A stretch of DNA of 64,000 nucleotides from Saccostrea echinata (taxonomy: Eukaryota), in NCBI RefSeq assembly GCF_033153115.1, contig NW_026889750.1, forward strand, positions 33,542,001 to 33,606,000. Reading direction: 5' to 3'. The notes below the pieces were generated by a model. The model saw nothing but the letters and a program-made list of their open reading frames with translations, made no database searches and was not told where the DNA came from. Shown here in pieces: positions 61,041 through 64,000 of the stretch. Numbering within the stretch: the stretch's first letter is position 1; each line of letters begins with the position of its first letter. The position numbers and the translations under genes are program-made.

Positions 61041-61945
61041 AAGAAGATTTAAGAAAATCAGTATTTCGTTCAAGCATTATTTAGTTTTTTTAAGGACAAG
61101 GTAAATAAGATGATGCAATCAATTACTGTTTTTCAAAATGTCTTAACCTGGCATACGAACAGCTGATGTAAGAAAAAGCCACATCATGAAGCATCAACAT
61201 GATCCCTGAGTGACCTTGGCATTGTCAATCAATACCTACCAACAAATTTTAAAACTGGGTAAAAATAATAAATAATTCTAATGAATATATTCCAATCTGA
61301 ACATAATCAATAAAGACTTGTATTGACACATTTCATGTCCAATATCAAGACATGTTTAATGTATTCATATAATCATATAACACTTTTATTAAGTGTTGAC
61401 ATGCTTGGTGTGTAGTACTTATGTATATGATTTGGGGTGAACAAATCTCATATAATATTAATATGTAATATTAAGATTACTGAAATATTCGGCCCTCAGG
61501 AAACTGTCATAAAAGCAAACAGTTAACATGGTTACGGTTAAAGAAAAAGAGTCTGTAATGCATACTCTTCTATTTGTCAATTTTTATTTCAAAATATTTC
61601 CACTTTAAAATTAATAAATTACATTGACATTTTTTTTTTATCTTCAGCTTAAAAGAGCTAAACTTCTTTACAAGATCAATTTTTTTTTTTTTCATAATCC
61701 GGTGTAACCGGCAACTGGTGGTGATGCAATATTGATCTCACTCAGTCACAAAGTGCAGTGTTAACATTATCTATATTTAGAGTGACTTCCCCTTTCTTTT
61801 TGCCACCGACTAAAAAAAACAATTTGATTTTCTTACCTTTGGATATAAAGCCACGACTCATGGCCTGTGCCATTCGGCCAGCCCCTATAAATCCTATGGT
61901 CATGCTCTCACTGACTGTGAATCTCTGATCTTCTGTTCGAGCCAT
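56215..61945 (-). CDS. PYCR: Pyrroline-5-carboxylate reductase, about 309 aa
   Basis: Exons 61945-61837, 59895-59831, 58471-58292, 57475-57263, 56776-56684, 56484-56215 (930 nt in frame). Motifs [43 protein letters not shown]-like [23 protein letters not shown]. Subfamily (PYCR1/2 versus PYCR3) not resolvable by eye. Confidence 0.96.
56954..57175. mobile_element. MITE in a PYCR intron
   Basis: Termini TACTGTGAAATCA...TGATTTTACAGTA; similar decayed copies near 3900-4115 and 60590-60807. Confidence 0.6.
60996..61035. repeat. (CT)n microsatellite
   Basis: About 20 CT units. Confidence 0.95.
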
Positions 61946-62004
61946 AATAAGGTTTTATTTGGACACACGTTGTAGGATGCAACGTGCAATCAACTGTAAC
62001 GACC

Positions 62005-62060
62005 TCTCCGGAAGTTGGTCAAAATTGAAAGTAGATTTGCATTTAAAATGGGGGCGTGGT
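62005..62060 (-). promoter_or_regulatory. Putative PYCR proximal promoter
   Basis: ETS-type CCGGAAGT (62008-62015), octamer ATTTGCAT (62035-62042) and GC box GGGGCGTGG clustered 60-115 nt upstream of the ATG. Confidence 0.45.
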
Positions 62061-63371
62061 TATCGAGAACACATGTGGATGATGCAATATTTCACTAGTT
62101 ATTCTACTAAACGATATATTAAAGGAAATAAAATCATTATACTATGGGTGAAAAATTTAATACATAAACAAGTGTCTCTGATTCAGAGAACTATATGGTC
62201 TGTTTGAATACACAGGCACTTGAAGTGTCTCAAAAAATATGAGATTTCCCTGTCAATCACATCCACATTTCATTCCATGCAAACAGACTGTACTTTTTTC
62301 AAGTTTAGGGATTGGCCATACATTCGGTATAATAATTTTTTTCATGATTACACCGTATACAATGAAAAAAAACCGAGGACTAGAAAGAATAGAATAGGAT
62401 TTATTACCAAATCAGGGCCCAATGGGCATAAACATATAACGTGTATAATTACAGATAAGATAACAGACAGAATACAACATATAATGAAGAGCAATTCTTC
62501 CATTTAGTACATTCATTTGGTGGTGTTTTGAGTTTCATATGTTGACATAGGTTGTCTTGATTTAGGATATATCTCTACTCTTAATTGATACAACTTAATG
62601 TGCAATGATGTGCATTACTATTACTAATATTATACATATAACTGAACATATAAAAAATGTCTGATACATCAACAAGAGGCAGCAAGAGTCGGTGCTAAAG
62701 GATATACAGAAATCCACTTCTGCCTCATGTAGAATAAACAGATACATATATGTTCATATTAATTTAAGATGTATCCTTCATCACAATTTGAGGTGTGTAT
62801 ATAACTAAATATCAAAAGCCCATTTAGTTAGTTATGATAAAGTAGGGATAAAATGACCAAAAGGTACGCATGGGACACAATGCTCACCTATGTCACCTCA
62901 AGTTGGCCTTGTTCCTCCCAAAACGCGGGATTTTAACCTCTTTATTCCCTAAGAAGAAATTAACCCCATATTGTGATCCACCCTAATCCTGATGGGAAAC
63001 TAATGACTTACTAATGAATTGATTATATGAAGCTGCAATAATGTAGTTCTCACTAGTATTTTTAATACATATGTTTTCAAGGGCCGGAGCGCCCCCCCCC
63101 CCCCCCCATCCTCGCGTTGGTCCAACTGCAAAGTGTAGACTCAGGACCCCTGGCTTGCGAGGATGCCCCCCTCCCCCAAATGAGATGACTACGACTACAT
63201 TATTGCAGCTACAATACAACATATTTTATTGAATCATAATCAATTGGATCGGGCACGTTTTTCCAACTTAGATTGTCAGTCTCTCCGATACAAAGAAAAT
63301 GAACTATAAGTGTACAAGGGTTGACTACGAAAGCCTATTAGGATCAAACTACGGTAAAAAAAAAATTTTGT

Positions 63372-63481
63372 AAAGGCGCAATAACTCCTTTCCAAAAGGC
63401 GTTATAACGCGAAAAAAGGCGTTATTACGCCTTTCCAAAAGGCGTTATTACGCCTTTCCAAAAGGCTTATTATTACGCCTC
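63372..63481. repeat. Short tandem array of a palindromic unit of about 23 bp
   Basis: About five copies of AAAAGGCGTTATTACGCCTTTCC without spacers. Confidence 0.8.
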
Positions 63482-64000
63482 TTTTTTTCAATACATGACT
63501 TACTTAGCCCACCTTGGGGGCTGATTATAATTAGATTTCCAGGAAAAAAGATTTTTTAATGTGTAAAATATTTTCAGTGTTAAACCAACTTAGTCCTTTT
63601 CTGATGCCAGACGCCTCTACCAAGGTGCATGGATTTCAGAAATTTGGTTGAAGGCTAATTGCTCATTATACCTATGCAAATAGTTTGCCTGTTTTTTTCC
63701 AAGAGGAGAGAAAAATATTTCAAATTTGACATGAATTTTTGATACGTGGCTAGCAAAGCCCAAAGCTGGTTCTGCCTATATCCTGGATTTTCAAAAGTAG
63801 AGTGTTGACTTCTCTTAATAAGCATGCAAAATGCAAACAACTGTCTGCGAGATGTGCAGGAATATAGAGAATACTATAATTTATAATATAATTTATAATA
63901 TTAAAACTATAATCTAAATATTGCATAAATAAAGATGGCTTTGGTTCAATCTTTCATATATTTACTATTTTAAAATAATGCCTTTCCATTTTTGGATATA

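Noticed and set aside
36221-61945. Functional stress or mitochondrial gene cluster GRDP-CMC1-PYCR
   Set aside because: Only adjacency supports it; no shared regulatory evidence beyond the GRDP/CMC1 head-to-head layout.

Overview
AT-rich, intron-containing animal DNA from a draft assembly (two N gaps). It is most likely an oyster/bivalve, judged from the 166-bp Cg170/HindIII-like satellite and other Helentron-type repeats. Gene models were assembled by hand from GT/AG sites and reading-frame continuity; no database search was possible. Left to right: (1) a 3'-truncated secreted or surface protein gene (signal peptide, FN3-CUB-FN3-CUB, Ser/Thr stalk); (2) three tandem paralogous single-pass membrane protein genes sharing an N-terminal MxxNxT sequon and a near-invariant cytoplasmic PPPY-11aa-LPSY module (Commissureless/PRRG4/PMEPA1-like candidate Nedd4 adaptors); (3) a decayed Penelope-like retroelement split by a Kolobok-like foldback element; (4) a damaged and an intact copy of a GRDP/DUF1399 glycine-rich-domain gene, the intact copy carrying four Helentron-type elements nested one inside another in intron 3; (5) CMC1, whose introns hold two tRNA-in-LTR miniature LTR retrotransposons and a young LINE fragment; (6) a complete pyrroline-5-carboxylate reductase gene. 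Many short non-autonomous DNA transposons fill the spacers. The best candidates for something undescribed are the PY-motif adaptor triplet, the self-targeting nested Helentron stack, and the GRDP His/Asp-domain plus Cys/Gly tail architecture.
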